A stretch of 64,000 nucleotides of DNA from the human T2T-CHM13v2.0 reference genome, Homo sapiens: NCBI RefSeq assembly GCF_009914755.1, contig NC_060940.1; one strand, 5' to 3'. Under the pieces are notes generated by a model. That model saw only the letters and a list, made by a program, of their open reading frames with translations. It ran no database searches and was not told the DNA's origin. Position numbers and translations under genes: made by a program. Each line of letters starts with the position of its first letter. The stretch's first letter is position 1. This document shows, in pieces, positions 28,752 to 43,900 of the stretch.

Positions 28752-31700
28752 TGATGATTCCATTCATGTCGATTTGGTGATTCCATTTGACTTCATTTGA
28801 TGATGATTCCTTTCAAGTTCATTAGATGATTCCATTCGATTCCATTTGATGATGATCCCATTCGAGTCCATTCAGTGATTCCATTCGTTTCCATTCCATG
28901 ATGATTCCATTCCTTTCCATTCAATGATTCCATTCGATTCCGTTTGATGATGATTTCATTCGAGTCCATTTGATGATTCCATTTGATTCCATTCGATGAT
29001 GATTCCATTCGAGTCCATTCGATGATTCTATTCGAATCCATTTGATGATTTCTTTTGATTATATTTGGTGATGATTCCATTGGAGTCCATTCAATGATTC
29101 CATTCTATTCCAATCGATGATGATTCCATTAGAGTCCATTTAATGATTCCATTTGATTCCAGTCTCTGATGATTACATTCGAGTCCATACGATGATTCCA
29201 CTCAATTCCATATGATGATGATTCCATTTGATTCCATTCGGTGATTCCATTCTATTCTATTCAATGGTGATTCCATTCGAGTACATTAGATGATTCCATT
29301 CGATTCCATTCAATGATGATTCTATTTGTGTCCCTTAGATGATTCCACATGATTCCATTACATGATGATACTATTTGAGCCCATCCAATGATTCCCTTCG
29401 ATTCCATTCGATGAGGATTCCATTCGATTCAATTCATTGGTGATTCTATTCAATTCAATTCTTTGATTCCATTCCATTCCATTCGACAATGATTCCATTC
29501 GATTTCTTTCGATGATTCCACTCGATTCCACTTGACATTGATTCCATTCGATTCCATTCAATGATTCCATTTGATTCCAGTGGATGATGATTGCCATCGA
29601 TTCCATTCGATCACTCCATTCTATTCCATTTGATGATGATTACATTCGATTCCATTTGATGATTCCATCTGATTCTATTCGAGGATTCCATTTGATTCCA
29701 TTCGATGATGATTCCATTCGAGTCCATTCGATGATTTCATTCGAGTACATCCAATGATTCCATTCGAGTCCATTAGATGATTCCATTTGATTCCATTTGA
29801 AAATGATTCTACTAGAGTCCATTCAATGACTCCATTCGAGTCCATTCAACAATTCCATTCGACTCCATTCGATGATTCCATTCGATTCCATTTGATGGTT
29901 CCATTCGAGTCCATTTAATCATTACAGTCGAGTCCATTTGTTGATTCCACTGGATTTCTTTTGATAATGATACCATTCAATTACATTTGATGATGATCCC
30001 ATTCAATTTCATTTGATGATGATTCCATTAGAGTCCATTCGATGATTTCATTCGAGTCCCTTCATTGATTCCATCCGATTTCATTGGATGATGACTCCAT
30101 TCGAGTCCATTCGATGATTCCACTCGATTCCATTAGATGACTCCATTGGAGTCCATTTGATTGTTCCATTCGATTCCATTCGATTCCTTTCGAAGATTAT
30201 TCCATTTGAGTCCATTCGATGATGATTCCATTCCATTCCATTCGATGATTCCGTTTGATTCCATTCGATGATTCCCTTCGATTCCTTTCTTTGATGATTC
30301 CATTCCATTCCATTCAATGATTCCATTCGAATCTATTCCATGATGATTCCTTTCGATTCCATTCGCTGATGTTTCCGTTCAATTCCATTCGATGATGATT
30401 CCATTCGATTCCATTCATTGAGGATTCCATTTGATTCCATTCAATGATGATTCCATTCTATTCCATTCAATGATTGCATTCAATTCCATTCAATGATTAT
30501 CCCATTAGAGTAAACTCAACGATTCCATTCAATACCATTCAATGATGATTCCTTTTGAGTCCATTCAATGATTTCATTCAAGTCCATTTGATGATTCCTT
30601 TCAATTCCATTCTATGATGATTCCATTCGAGTCCATTCGATGATTCCATTAGAGTACATTTAATGATTGCTTTGTTTTCAATTCGAAGATGATTGCATTG
30701 GATTCCATTCTATGATACCATTCGATTCCATTCAATGATGATTCCACTCAAATCCATTGGATGATTCCATTCGTGTCCATTCGGTGATTTCATTAGATTC
30801 CATTCGAGGATGATTCCATTCGATTCCATTCGATGATTCCATTCAATTCCATTCGATGATGATTCCATTCCAGTCCATATGATCATTCCATTTGATTTCA
30901 TTCGATGATGATTCCATTCGATTCCATTCGACGATTCCATTCTATTCCATTCGATGATGATTCCATTCGAGTCCATTCGATCAATCCATTCGAGTCCATT
31001 TAATGATTCCATTGGGTTCAATTCAATGATGATTACATTGGATTCCGTTCTATGATTCCATTCAATTCCGTTCATTGACAATTTGATTCCATTCGATGAT
31101 GATTCCATTTGAGTTCATTCGATGATTCTATTCGATTCTCTTCGATGGTGATTCAATTCTATTATATTGGATGATTCCATTCGATTCCATTTGATGTTGA
31201 TTCAATTCGATTCTATTCGATGATGATTCCATTGGATTTCACTTGATGATTCTATTCGATTCCATTCAATGATGATTCACTTCTCGTCCATTGGATGATT
31301 CCATTTCATTCCATTCGATGATGATTCCATTCGATTCCATTCGATGATTCCATTTGATTCCATGCGACGGTGAGCAATTCGATTCAATTCCATGATGATT
31401 CTATTTGATTCAATTAGATGATGTTTCCATTCGAATCCATTCCATGATTATTCCATTGGAATCCATTCGGCGATGATTCCATATGAGTCAATTCAATGAT
31501 GATTCCATATGGGTCCGTTCGATGATAATTCCATTTGATTTCATTCGATGCTTCTATTCTATTCCAGTCGATGATGATTCCGTTGGAGTCCATACGATGA
31601 TTCCATTTGATTTCATTTGATGATGATTCCATTCGATGATGATTACATTGGATTCCATTCTATGATTCCATTCAATTCCATTCGTTGATGATTCGATTCC

Positions 31701-34700
31701 ATTCAATGATGATTCCATTTGAGTTCATTCGATGATTCTATTCGATTCCGTTCGATGGTGATTCAATTCTATTATATTGGATGATTCCACTCGATTCCAT
31801 TTGATGATTATTCCATTGGAGTCCACTTAGTGAATCCTTTAGATTCTACTCGACGATGATTCCATTCGAGTCCATTCGATGATACCATTCAATTCCATTC
31901 GTTGATGCTTCCATTCAAGTGCATTCGATGATATCATTCGATTCCATTTGATGATAATTCCATTTGATTCCATGCGATGATTCTATTCGATTCCATTCAA
32001 TGATAATTCCATTCAATTCAGTGATTCCTCTGGACTCCATTTGATGATGATTCCATTCAATGATTCCATTCGATTCTATTCGAAAATGATTCCATTTGAA
32101 TCCATTTGATGATGATTCCATTAGATTCCATTTGATGATTCCATTCGATTCCATTCGATGATGATTCCATTCGATTCCGTTTGATGATTCCATTCTATTC
32201 TATTCGATGATGATTCCATTCGATTCCATTCGATGATGATTGGATTCAATTCCATTGGATGATTTCATTTGATTCCATTCGTTAATGATTTCGATCAATT
32301 CCATTCGATGATTCCATTCGATTCCATTCGATAATGATTACATCCGAGTCCATTCGATGATTCCCTTTGAGCCTGTTCGATAATTCCATTTGAGTCCAAC
32401 CAATGATTCCATTCATTTCCATTCAATGATTCCATTCGAGTCCATTTGATCATTCCGGTAGGGTCCATTCGATGTTGATTCCATTGGAGTGCATTCGATG
32501 ATTCCATTCGAGTCCATTTTAGGATTTGATTCGAGTCCTTTCGATGATTCCATTCGATTCCACTCGATGATGATTTCATTCGAGTCCATTCGACACTTCC
32601 AATCGATTCCATTTGATGATTCCATTCGAGTCCAATTGATGATTCCATTCAATTCCATTCGATGATGATTCCGTACGATTCCATTCTGTGATGATTCCAT
32701 GTGATTGCATTCAATGATGATTCCTTTCGATTGCATTCGATTATGATTCATTTCGTGTTCATTCTATGGTTCCACAGGTTTCCATTCGTGTCCATTCCAT
32801 TATTCCATTCTATTCCATTTGATGATGATTCCGTTCGATTCCATTCATTGGTGATTCCACTCAATTCCATTCAATGATTCCATTCCATTTCTTTCAACAA
32901 TGATTCCATTAGTTTCTAATCGATGATCCACTTGATTCCATTTGACGACGATTCCATTCTTGTCCATTCGATGATTCCATTTGATTCCATATGATGATGA
33001 TTCCATTCGATTCCATACCATGATGATTCCATTCGAGTCCATTCAATGGTGATTCCATTCAATTCCATTCGATGTTTCCTTTTGATTCCATTCGATGATG
33101 ATGGCATTCGATTCCTTTCAATCATTCCCTTTGATTCCATTCAAAGGTGATTTCATTCAAGTCCATTCGATAATTGCATTCGATTCCATTCTATGATGAT
33201 TCCATTCGAGTCCATTTGATGATTCCATTCAATTCAAGTCAATGATGATTCCATTCGATTCCATTCGATGATTCCATTGGATTCCATTCGATGATGATTC
33301 CATTCAAATCCATTCGATAATTCAATTCAAGTCCATTCGATGATGATTCCAATCGAATCCATTCAAAGATTCCATTCAGTTCCATTCGATGATTCCCTTA
33401 GATTCCATTCGATGATTCCACTTGATTGCATTTACGATGATTCCATTCGATTCCATGTGATGATTCCATTCAATTCTATTCAATGATGTCTCCATTTGAT
33501 TCCATTCGACCATGATTGCCTTTGATTCCATTCAATGATTCCATTCGGTTCCGTTTGATGATGATTCCGTTCGATTCCATTTGATGATTCCATTTGATTC
33601 CATTGGATGAGTCCATTCGATTACATTCGATGATTATTCCATTCGAGTGCATTAGATGATTCCATTCGAGTCCATTCGATGATTCCATTCGATTCCATTC
33701 GATGTTGATTCTGTTCAAATCCATTCGATGATTCCACTCGATTCCATTCGTTGACTCCATTTGATCCCATTCGATGATTTCCTTTGATTCCCTTTGATGA
33801 TCATTCCATTTGATTCAATTCGGTGATTTCATTTGATTCCATTCAGTGATGTTTCCATTCGACTCCATTCGATGATGATTCCATTCGACTCCATTCGATT
33901 ATGATTTCATTCAATTCCATTCGATAATGATTCCCTTCGAGTCCATTCGATGATTCCATTCGATTCCATTCAACAATGATTTGATTCGTGTCCATTCGAT
34001 GATTCCATTTGATTCCACATGATGATGATTCCATTCGAGTCCATTTGATGATTCCATTCAATTCCATACTCCGATGATTTCTTTTGAGCCCACTCAATGC
34101 TTCCACTCGATTCCATATGATGATGACTCCATTCGATGAAATTCGATGATGATTCCATTCGCTTGCTTTCGATGATGATTCCACTTGAGTCCGTTAGAAG
34201 ATTCTATTCAATTACATTCCATGACGATTCCGTTCGAGTCCATTTGATGATTCCATTAGACTCCATTCGACGATGATTCCATTCGATGTTATTCCATGAT
34301 TCCATTCGATCTCATTCGATGATGATTCCATTCAACTCCATTCGATGTTTCCATTCGAGTTCATTCTATTATTCCATTAGATTCCATTCGATGATGATTC
34401 CATTCGATTCCATTTGATGATTGCATTCTATTTCATTTGATGATGATTCCATTCGAGTCCACTCGATGATTCCATTCGAGTCCATTTAATGAATCCATTG
34501 GTTTCAATTCTATGATGATTACATTGGATTCCATTCGTTGATGATTTCATTCGGTTCCATTCAATGATGATTCCATTCAATTCCTTTCAATGTTTCCATT
34601 CAATTCCATACGATGATGATTCCATTTGATTTGATTCGACAGTGAGCCATTCGATTCAATTCCATGATGATTCTATTTGATTCAATTGGTTGACATTTCC

Positions 34701-34791
34701 ATTCGATTCCATTCGATGATGATTCCCTTTGATTCCGTTCAAAGATGATTCCATTCTAGCCCATTCAATCATTCCATTCGATTCTATTCAA
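28752..34791 (+). repeat. Copy 7, 6,040 bp (internal 72-bp deletion at ~30640-30650)
   Basis: Landmark spacing 28793 to 34833 is 6,040. The segment containing GATTGCATTCGATGATTCCATTATATTCCATTCAACGG is missing. Confidence 0.93.
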
Positions 34792-37700
34792 TGATGATTC
34801 CATTCATGTCGATTTGGTGATTCCATTTGACTTCATTTGATGATGATTCCTTTCAAGTTCATTAGATGATTCCATTCGATTCCATTTGATGATGATCCCA
34901 TTCGAGTCCATTCAGTGATTCCATTCGTTTCCATTCCATGATGATTCCATTCCTTTCCATTCAATGATTCCATTCGATTCCGTTTGATGATGATTTCATT
35001 CGAGTCCATTTGATGATTCCATTTGATTCCATTCGATGATGATTCCATTCGAGTCCATTCGATGATTCTATTCGAATCCATTTGATGATTTCTTTTGATT
35101 ATATTTGGTGATGATTCCATTGGAGTCCATTCAATGATTCCATTCGATTCCAATCGATGATGATTCCATTAGAGTCCATTTAATGATTCCATTTGATTCC
35201 AGTCTCTGATGATTACATTCGAGTCCATACGATGATTCCACTCAATTCCATATGATGATGATTCCATTTGATTCCATTCGGTGATTCCATTCTATTCTAT
35301 TCAATGGTGATTCCATTCGAGTACATTAGATGATTCCATTCGATTCCATTCAATGATGATTCTATTTGTGTCCCTTAGATGATTCCACATGATTCCATTA
35401 GATGATGATACTATTTGAGCCCATCCAATGATTCCCTTCGATTCCATTCGATGAGGATTCCATTCGATTCAATTCATTGGTGATTCTATTCAATTCAATT
35501 CTTTGATTCCATTCCATTCCATTCGACAATGATTCCATTCGATTTCTTTCGATGATTCCACTCGATTCCACTTGACATTGATTCCATTCGATTCCATTCA
35601 ATGATTCCATTTGATTCCAGTGGATGATGATTGCCATCGATTCCATTCGATCACTCCATTCTATTCCATTTGATGATGATTACATTCGATTCCATTTGAT
35701 GATTCCATCTGATTCTATTCGAGGATTCCATTTGATTCCATTCGATGATGATTCCATTCGAGTCCATTCGATGATTTCATTCGAGTACATCCAATGATTC
35801 CATTCGAGTCCATTAGATGATTCCATTTGATTCCATTTGAAAATGATTCTACTAGAGTCCATTCAATGACTCCATTCGAGTCCATTCAACAATTCCATTC
35901 GACTCCATTCGATGATTCCATTCGATTCCATTTGATGGTTCCATTCGAGTCCATTTAATCATTACAGTCGATTCCATTTGGTGATTCCACTGGATTTCTT
36001 TTGATAATGATACCATTCAATTACATTTGATGATGATCCCATTCAACTTCATTTGATGATGATTCCATTAGAGTCCATTCGATGATTTCATTCGAGTCCC
36101 TTCATTGATTCCATCCGATTTCATTGGATGATGACTCCATTCGAGTCCATTCGATGATTCCACTCGATTCCATTAGATGACTCCATTGGAGTCCATTTGA
36201 TTGTTCCATTCGATTCCATTCGATTCCTTTCGAAGATTATTCCATTTGAGTCCATTCGATGATGATTCCATTCCATTCCATTCGATGATTCCGTTTGATT
36301 CCATTCGATGATTCCCTTCGATTCCTTTCTTTGATGATTCCATTCCATTCCATTCAATGATTCCATTCGAATCTATTCCATGATGATTCCTTTCGATTCC
36401 ATTCGCTGATGTTTCCGTTCAATTACATTCGATGATGATTCCATTCGATTCCATTCATTGAGGATTCCATTTGATTCCATTCAATGATGATTCCATTCTA
36501 TTCCATTCAATGATTGCATTCAATTCCATTCAATGATTATCCCATTAGAGTAAACTCAACGATTCCATTCAATACCATTCGATGATGATTCCTTTTGAGT
36601 CCATTCAATGATTTCATTCAAGTCCATTTGATGATTCCTTTCAATTCCATTCTATGATGATTCCATTCGAGTCCATTCGATGATTCCATTCGATTGCATT
36701 CGATGATTCCATTATATTCCATTCAACGGTGATTCCATTCGAGTCCATTCCATGATTCCATTAGAGTACATTTAATGATTGCTTTGTTTTCAATTCGAAG
36801 ATGATTACATTGGATTCCATTCTATGATACCATTCGATTCCATTCAATGATGATTCCACTCAAATCCATTGGATGATTCCATTCGTGTCCATTCGGTGAT
36901 TTCATTAGATTCCATTCGAGGACGATTCCATTCGATTCCATTCGATGATTCCATTCAATTCCATTCGATGATGATTCCATTCCAGTCCATATGATCATTC
37001 CATTTGATTTCATTCGATGATGATTCCATTCGATTCCATTCGACGATTCCATTCTATTCCATTCGATGATGATTCCATTCGAGTCCATTCGATCAATCCA
37101 TTCGAGTCCATTTAATGACTCCATTGGGTTCAATTCAATGATGATTACATTGGATTCCGTTCTATGATTCCATTCAATTCCGTTCATTGACAATTTGATT
37201 CCATTCGATGATGATTCCATTTGAGTTCATTCGATGATTCTATTCGATTCTCTTCGATGGTGATTCAATTCTATTATATTGGATGATTCCATTCGATTCC
37301 ATTTGATGTTGATTCAATTCGATTCTATTCGATGATGATTCCATTGGATTTCACTTGATGATTCTATTCGATTCCATTCAATGATGATTCACTTCTCGTC
37401 CATTGGATGATTCCATTTCATTCCATTCGATGATGATTCCATTCGATTCCATTCGATGATTCCATTTGATTCCATGCGACGGTGAGCAATTCGATTCAAT
37501 TCCATGATGATTCTATTTGATTCAATTAGATGATGTTTCCATTCGAATCCATTCCATGATTATTCCATTGGAATCCATTCGGCGATGATTCCATATGAGT
37601 CAATTCAATGATGATTCCATATGGGTCCGTTCGATGATAATTCCATTTGATTTCATTCGATGCTTCTATTCTATTCCAGTCGATGATGATTCCGTTGGAG

Positions 37701-40700
37701 TCCATACGATGATTCCATTTGATTTCATTTGATGATGATTCCATTCGATGATGATTACATTGGATTCCATTCTATGATTCCATTCAATTCCATTCGTTGA
37801 TGATTCGATTCCCTTCAATGATGATTCCACTTGAGTTCATTCGATGATTCTATTCGATTCCGTTCGATGGAGATTCAATTCTCTTATATTGGATGATTCC
37901 ACTCGATTCCATTTGATGATTATTCCATTGGAGTCCACTTAGTGAATCCTTTAGATTCTACTCGAAGATGATTCCATTCGAGTCCATTCGATGATACCAT
38001 TCAATTCCATTCGTTGATGCTTCCATTCAAGTGCATTCGATGATATCATTCGATTCCATTTGATGATAATTCCATTTGATTCCATGCGATGATTCTATTC
38101 GATTCCATTCAATGATAATTCCATTCAATTCAGTGATTCCTCTGGACTCCATTTGATGATGATTCCATTCAATGATTCCATTCGATTCTATTCGAAAATG
38201 ATTCCATTTGAATCCATTTGATGATGATTCCATTAGATTCCATTTGATGATTCCATTCGATTCCATTCGACGATGATTCCATTCGATTCCGTTTGATGAT
38301 TCCATTCTATTCTATTCGATGATGATTCCATTCGATTCCATTCGATGATGATTGGATTCGATTCCATTTGATGATTTCATTTGATTCCATTCGTTAATGA
38401 TTTCGATCAATTCCATTCGATGATTCCATTCGATTCCATTCGATAATGATTACATCCGAGTCCATTCGATGATTCCATTTGAGCCTGTTCGATAATTCCA
38501 TTTGAGTCCAACCAATGATTCCATTCATTTCCATTCAATGATTCCATTCGAGTCCATTTGATCATTCCGGTTGGGTCCATTCGATGTTGATTCCATTGGA
38601 GTGCATTCGATGATTCCATTCGAGTCCATTTTAGGATTTGATTCGAGTCCTTTCGATGATTCCATTCGATTCCACTCGATGATGATTTCATTCGAGTCCA
38701 TTCGACACTTCCAATCGATTCCATTTGATGATTCCATTCGAGTCCAATTGATGATTCCATTCAATTCCATTCGATGATGATTCCGTACGATTCCATTCTG
38801 TGATGATTCCTTGTGATTGCATTCAATGATGATTCCTTTCGATTGCATTCGATTATGATTCATTTCGTGTTCATTCTATGGTTCCACAGGTTTCCATTCG
38901 TGTCCATTCCATTATTCCATTCTATTCCATTTGATGATGATTCCATTCGATTCCATTCATTGGTGATTCCACTCAATTCCATTCAATGATTCCATTCCAT
39001 TTCTTTCAACAATGATTCCATTAGTTTCTAATCGATGATCCACTTGATTCCATTTGACGACGATTCCATTCTTGTCCATTCGATGATTCCATTTGATTCC
39101 ATATGATGATGATTCCATTCGATTCCATACCATGATGATTCCATTCGAGTCCATTCAATGGTGATTCCATTCAATTCCATTCGATGATTCCTTTCGATTC
39201 CATTCGATGATGATGGCATTCGATTCCTTTCAATCATTCCCTTTGATTCCATTCAAAGGTGATTTCATTCAAGTCCATTCGATAATTGCATTCGATTCCA
39301 TTCTATGATGATTCCATTCGAGTCCATTTGATGATTCCATTCAATTCAAGTCAATGATGATTCCATTCGATTCCATTCGATGATTCCATTGGATTCCATT
39401 CGATGATGATTCCATTCAAATCCATTCGATAATTCAATTCAAGTCCATTCGATGATGATTCCAATCGAATCCATTCAAAGATTCCATTCAGTTCCATTCG
39501 ATGATTCCCTTAGATTCCATTCGATGATTCCACTTGATTGCATTTACGATGATTCCATTCGATTCCATGTGATGATTCCATTCAATTCTATTCAATGATG
39601 TCTCCATTTGATTCCATTCGACCATGATTGCCTTTGATTCCATTCAATGATTCCATTCGGTTCCGTTTGATGATGATTCCGTTCGATTCCATTTGATGAT
39701 TCCATTTGATTCCATTGGATGAGTCCATTCGATTACATTCGATGATTATTCCATTCGAGTGCATTAGATGATTCCATTCGAGTCCATTCGATGATTCCAT
39801 TCGATTCCATTCGATGTTGATTCTGTTCAAATCCATTCGATGATTCCACTCGATTCCATTCGTTGACTCCATTTGATCCCATTCGATGATTTCCTTTGAT
39901 TCCCTTTGATGATCATTCCATTTGATTCAATTCGGTGATTTCATTTGATTCCATTCAGTGATGTTTCCATTCGACTCCATTCGATGATGATTCCATTCGA
40001 CTCCATTCGATTATGATTTCATTCAATTCCATTCGATAATGATTCCCTTCGAGTCCATTCGATGATTCCATTCGATTCCATTCAACGATGATTTGATTCG
40101 TGTCCATTCGATGATTCCATTTGATTCCACTTGATGATGATTCCATTCGAGTCCATTTGATGATTCCATTCAATTCCATACTCCGATGATTTCTTTTGAG
40201 CCCACTCAATGCTTCCACTCGATTCCATATGATGATGACTCCATTCGATGAAATTCGATGATGATTCCATTCGCTTGCTTTCGATGATGATTCCACTTGA
40301 GTCCGTTAGAAGATTCTATTCAATTACATTCCATGACGATTCCGTTCGAGTCCATTTGATGATTCCATTAGACTCCATTCGACGATGATTCCATTCGATG
40401 TTATTCGATGATTCCATTCGATCTCATTCGATGATGATTCCATTCAACTCCATTCGATGTTTCCATTCGAGTTCATTCTATTATTCCATTAGATTCAATT
40501 CGATGATGATTCCATTCGATTCCATTTGATGATTGCATTCTATTTCATTTGATGATGATTCCATTCGAGTCCACTCGATGATTCCATTCGAGTCCATTTA
40601 ATGAATCCATTGGTTTCAATTCTATGATGATTACATTGGATTCCATTCGTTGATGATTTCATTCGGTTCCATTCAATGATGATTCCATTCAATTCCTTTC

Positions 40701-40903
40701 AATGTTTCCATTCAATTCCATACGATGATGATTCCATTTGATTTGATTCGACAGTGAGCCATTCGATTCAATTCCATGATTATTCTATTTGATTCAATTG
40801 GTTGACATTTCCATTCGATTCCATTCGATGATGATTCCCTTTGATTCCGTTCAACGATGATTCCATTCTAGCCCATTCAATCATTCCATTCGATTCTATT
40901 CAA
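34792..40903 (+). repeat. 6,112-bp unit, copy 8 (full length)
   Basis: Landmark spacing 34833 to 40945 is 6,112. Confidence 0.95.
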
Positions 40904-43900
40904 TGATGATTCCATTCATGTCGATTTGGTGATTCCATTTGACTTCATTTGATGATGATTCCTTTCAAGTTCATTAGATGATTCCATTCGATTCCATTTG
41001 ATGATGATCCCATTCGAGTCCATTCAGTGATTCCATTCGTTTCCATTCCATGATGATTCCATTCCTTTCCATTCAATGATTCCATTCGATTCCGTTTGAT
41101 GATGATTTCATTCGAGTCCATTTGATGATTCCATTTGATTCCATTCGATGATGATTCCATTCGAGTCCATTCGATGATTCTATTCGAATCCATTTGATGA
41201 TTTCTTTTGATTATATTTGGTGATGATTCCATTGGAGTCCATTCAATGATTCCATTCGATTCCAATCGATGATGATTCCATTAGAGTCCATTTAATGATT
41301 CCATTTGATTCCAGTCTCTGATGATTACATTCGAGTCCATACGATGATTCCACTCAATTCCATATGATGATGATTCCATTTGATTCCATTCGGTGATTCC
41401 ATTCTATTCTATTCAATGGTGATTCCATTCGAGTACATTAGATGATTCCATTCGATTCCATTCAATGATGATTCTATTTGTGTCCCTTAGATGATTCCAC
41501 ATGATTCCATTAGATGATGATACTATTTGAGCCCATCCAATGATTCCCTTCGATTCCATTCGATGAGGATTCCATTCGATTCAATTCATTGGTGATTCTA
41601 TTCAATTCAATTCTTTGATTCCATTCCATTCCATTCGACAATGATTCCATTCGATTTCTTTCGATGATTCCACTCGATTCCACTTGACATTGATTCCATT
41701 CGATTCCATTCAATGATTCCATTTGATTCCAGTGGATGATGATTGCCATCGATTCCATTCGATCACTCCATTCTATTCCATTTGATGATGATTACATTCG
41801 ATTCCATTTGATGATTCCATCTGATTCTATTCGAGGATTCCATTTGATTCCATTCGATGATGATTCCATTCGAGTCCATTCGATGATTTCATTCGAGTAC
41901 ATCCAATGATTCCATTCGAGTCCATTAGATGATTCCATTTGATTCCATTTGAAAATGATTCTACTAGAGTCCATTCAATGACTCCATTCGAGTCCATTCA
42001 ACAATTCCATTCGACTCCATTCGATGATTCCATTCGATTCCATTTGATGGTTCCATTCGAGTCCATTTAATCATTACAGTCGATTCCATTTGGTGATTCC
42101 ACTGGATTTCTTTTGATAATGATACCATTCAATTACATTTGATGATGATCCCATTCAACTTCATTTGATGATGATTCCATTAGAGTCCATTCGATGATTT
42201 CATTCGAGTCCCTTCATTGATTCCATCCGATTTCATTGGATGATGACTCCATTCGAGTCCATTCGATGATTCCACTCGATTCCATTAGATGACTCCATTG
42301 GAGTCCATTTGATTGTTCCATTCGATTCCATTCGATTCCTTTCGAAGATTATTCCATTTGAGTCCATTCGATGATGATTCCATTCCATTCCATTCGATGA
42401 TTCCGTTTGATTCCATTCGATGATTCCCTTCGATTCCTTTCTTTGATGATTCCATTCCATTCCATTCAATGATTCCATTCGAATCTATTCCATGATGATT
42501 CCTTTCGATTCCATTCGCTGATGTTTCCGTTCAATTACATTCGATGATGATTCCATTCGATTCCATTCATTGAGGATTCCATTTGATTCCATTCAATGAT
42601 GATTCCATTCTATTCCATTCAATGATTGCATTCAATTCCATTCAATGATTATCCCATTAGAGTAAACTCAACGATTCCATTCAATACCATTCGATGATGA
42701 TTCCTTTTGAGTCCATTCAATGATTTCATTCAAGTCCATTTGATGATTCCTTTCAATTCCATTCTATGATGATTCCATTCGAGTCCATTCGATGATTCCA
42801 TTCGATTGCATTCGATGATTCCATTATATTCCATTCAACGGTGATTCCATTCGAGTCCATTCCATGATTCCATTAGAGTACATTTAATGATTGCTTTGTT
42901 TTCAATTCGAAGATGATTACATTGGATTCCATTCTATGATACCATTCGATTCCATTCAATGATGATTCCACTCAAATCCATTGGATGATTCCATTCGTGT
43001 CCATTCGGTGATTTCATTAGATTCCATTCGAGGACGATTCCATTCGATTCCATTCGATGATTCCATTCAATTCCATTCGATGATGATTCCATTCCAGTCC
43101 ATATGATCATTCCATTTGATTTCATTCGATGATGATTCCATTCGATTCCATTCGACGATTCCATTCTATTCCATTCGATGATGATTCCATTCGAGTCCAT
43201 TCGATCAATCCATTCGAGTCCATTTAATGACTCCATTGGGTTCAATTCAATGATGATTACATTGGATTCCGTTCTATGATTCCATTCAATTCCGTTCATT
43301 GACAATTTGATTCCATTCGATGATGATTCCATTTGAGTTCATTCGATGATTCTATTCGATTCTCTTCGATGGTGATTCAATTCTATTATATTGGATGATT
43401 CCATTCGATTCCATTTGATGTTGATTCAATTCGATTCTATTCGATGATGATTCCATTGGATTTCACTTGATGATTCTATTCGATTCCATTCAATGATGAT
43501 TCACTTCTCGTCCATTGGATGATTCCATTTCATTCCATTCGATGATGATTCCATTCGATTCCATTCGATGATTCCATTTGATTCCATGCGACGGTGAGCA
43601 ATTCGATTCAATTCCATGATGATTCTATTTGATTCAATTAGATGATGTTTCCATTCGAATCCATTCCATGATTATTCCATTGGAATCCATTCGGCGATGA
43701 TTCCATATGAGTCAATTCAATGATGATTCCATATGGGTCCGTTCGATGATAATTCCATTTGATTTCATTCGATGCTTCTATTCTATTCCAGTCGATGATG
43801 ATTCCGTTGGAGTCCATACGATGATTCCATTTGATTTCATTTGATGATGATTCCATTCGATGATGATTACATTGGATTCCATTCTATGATTCCATTCAAT

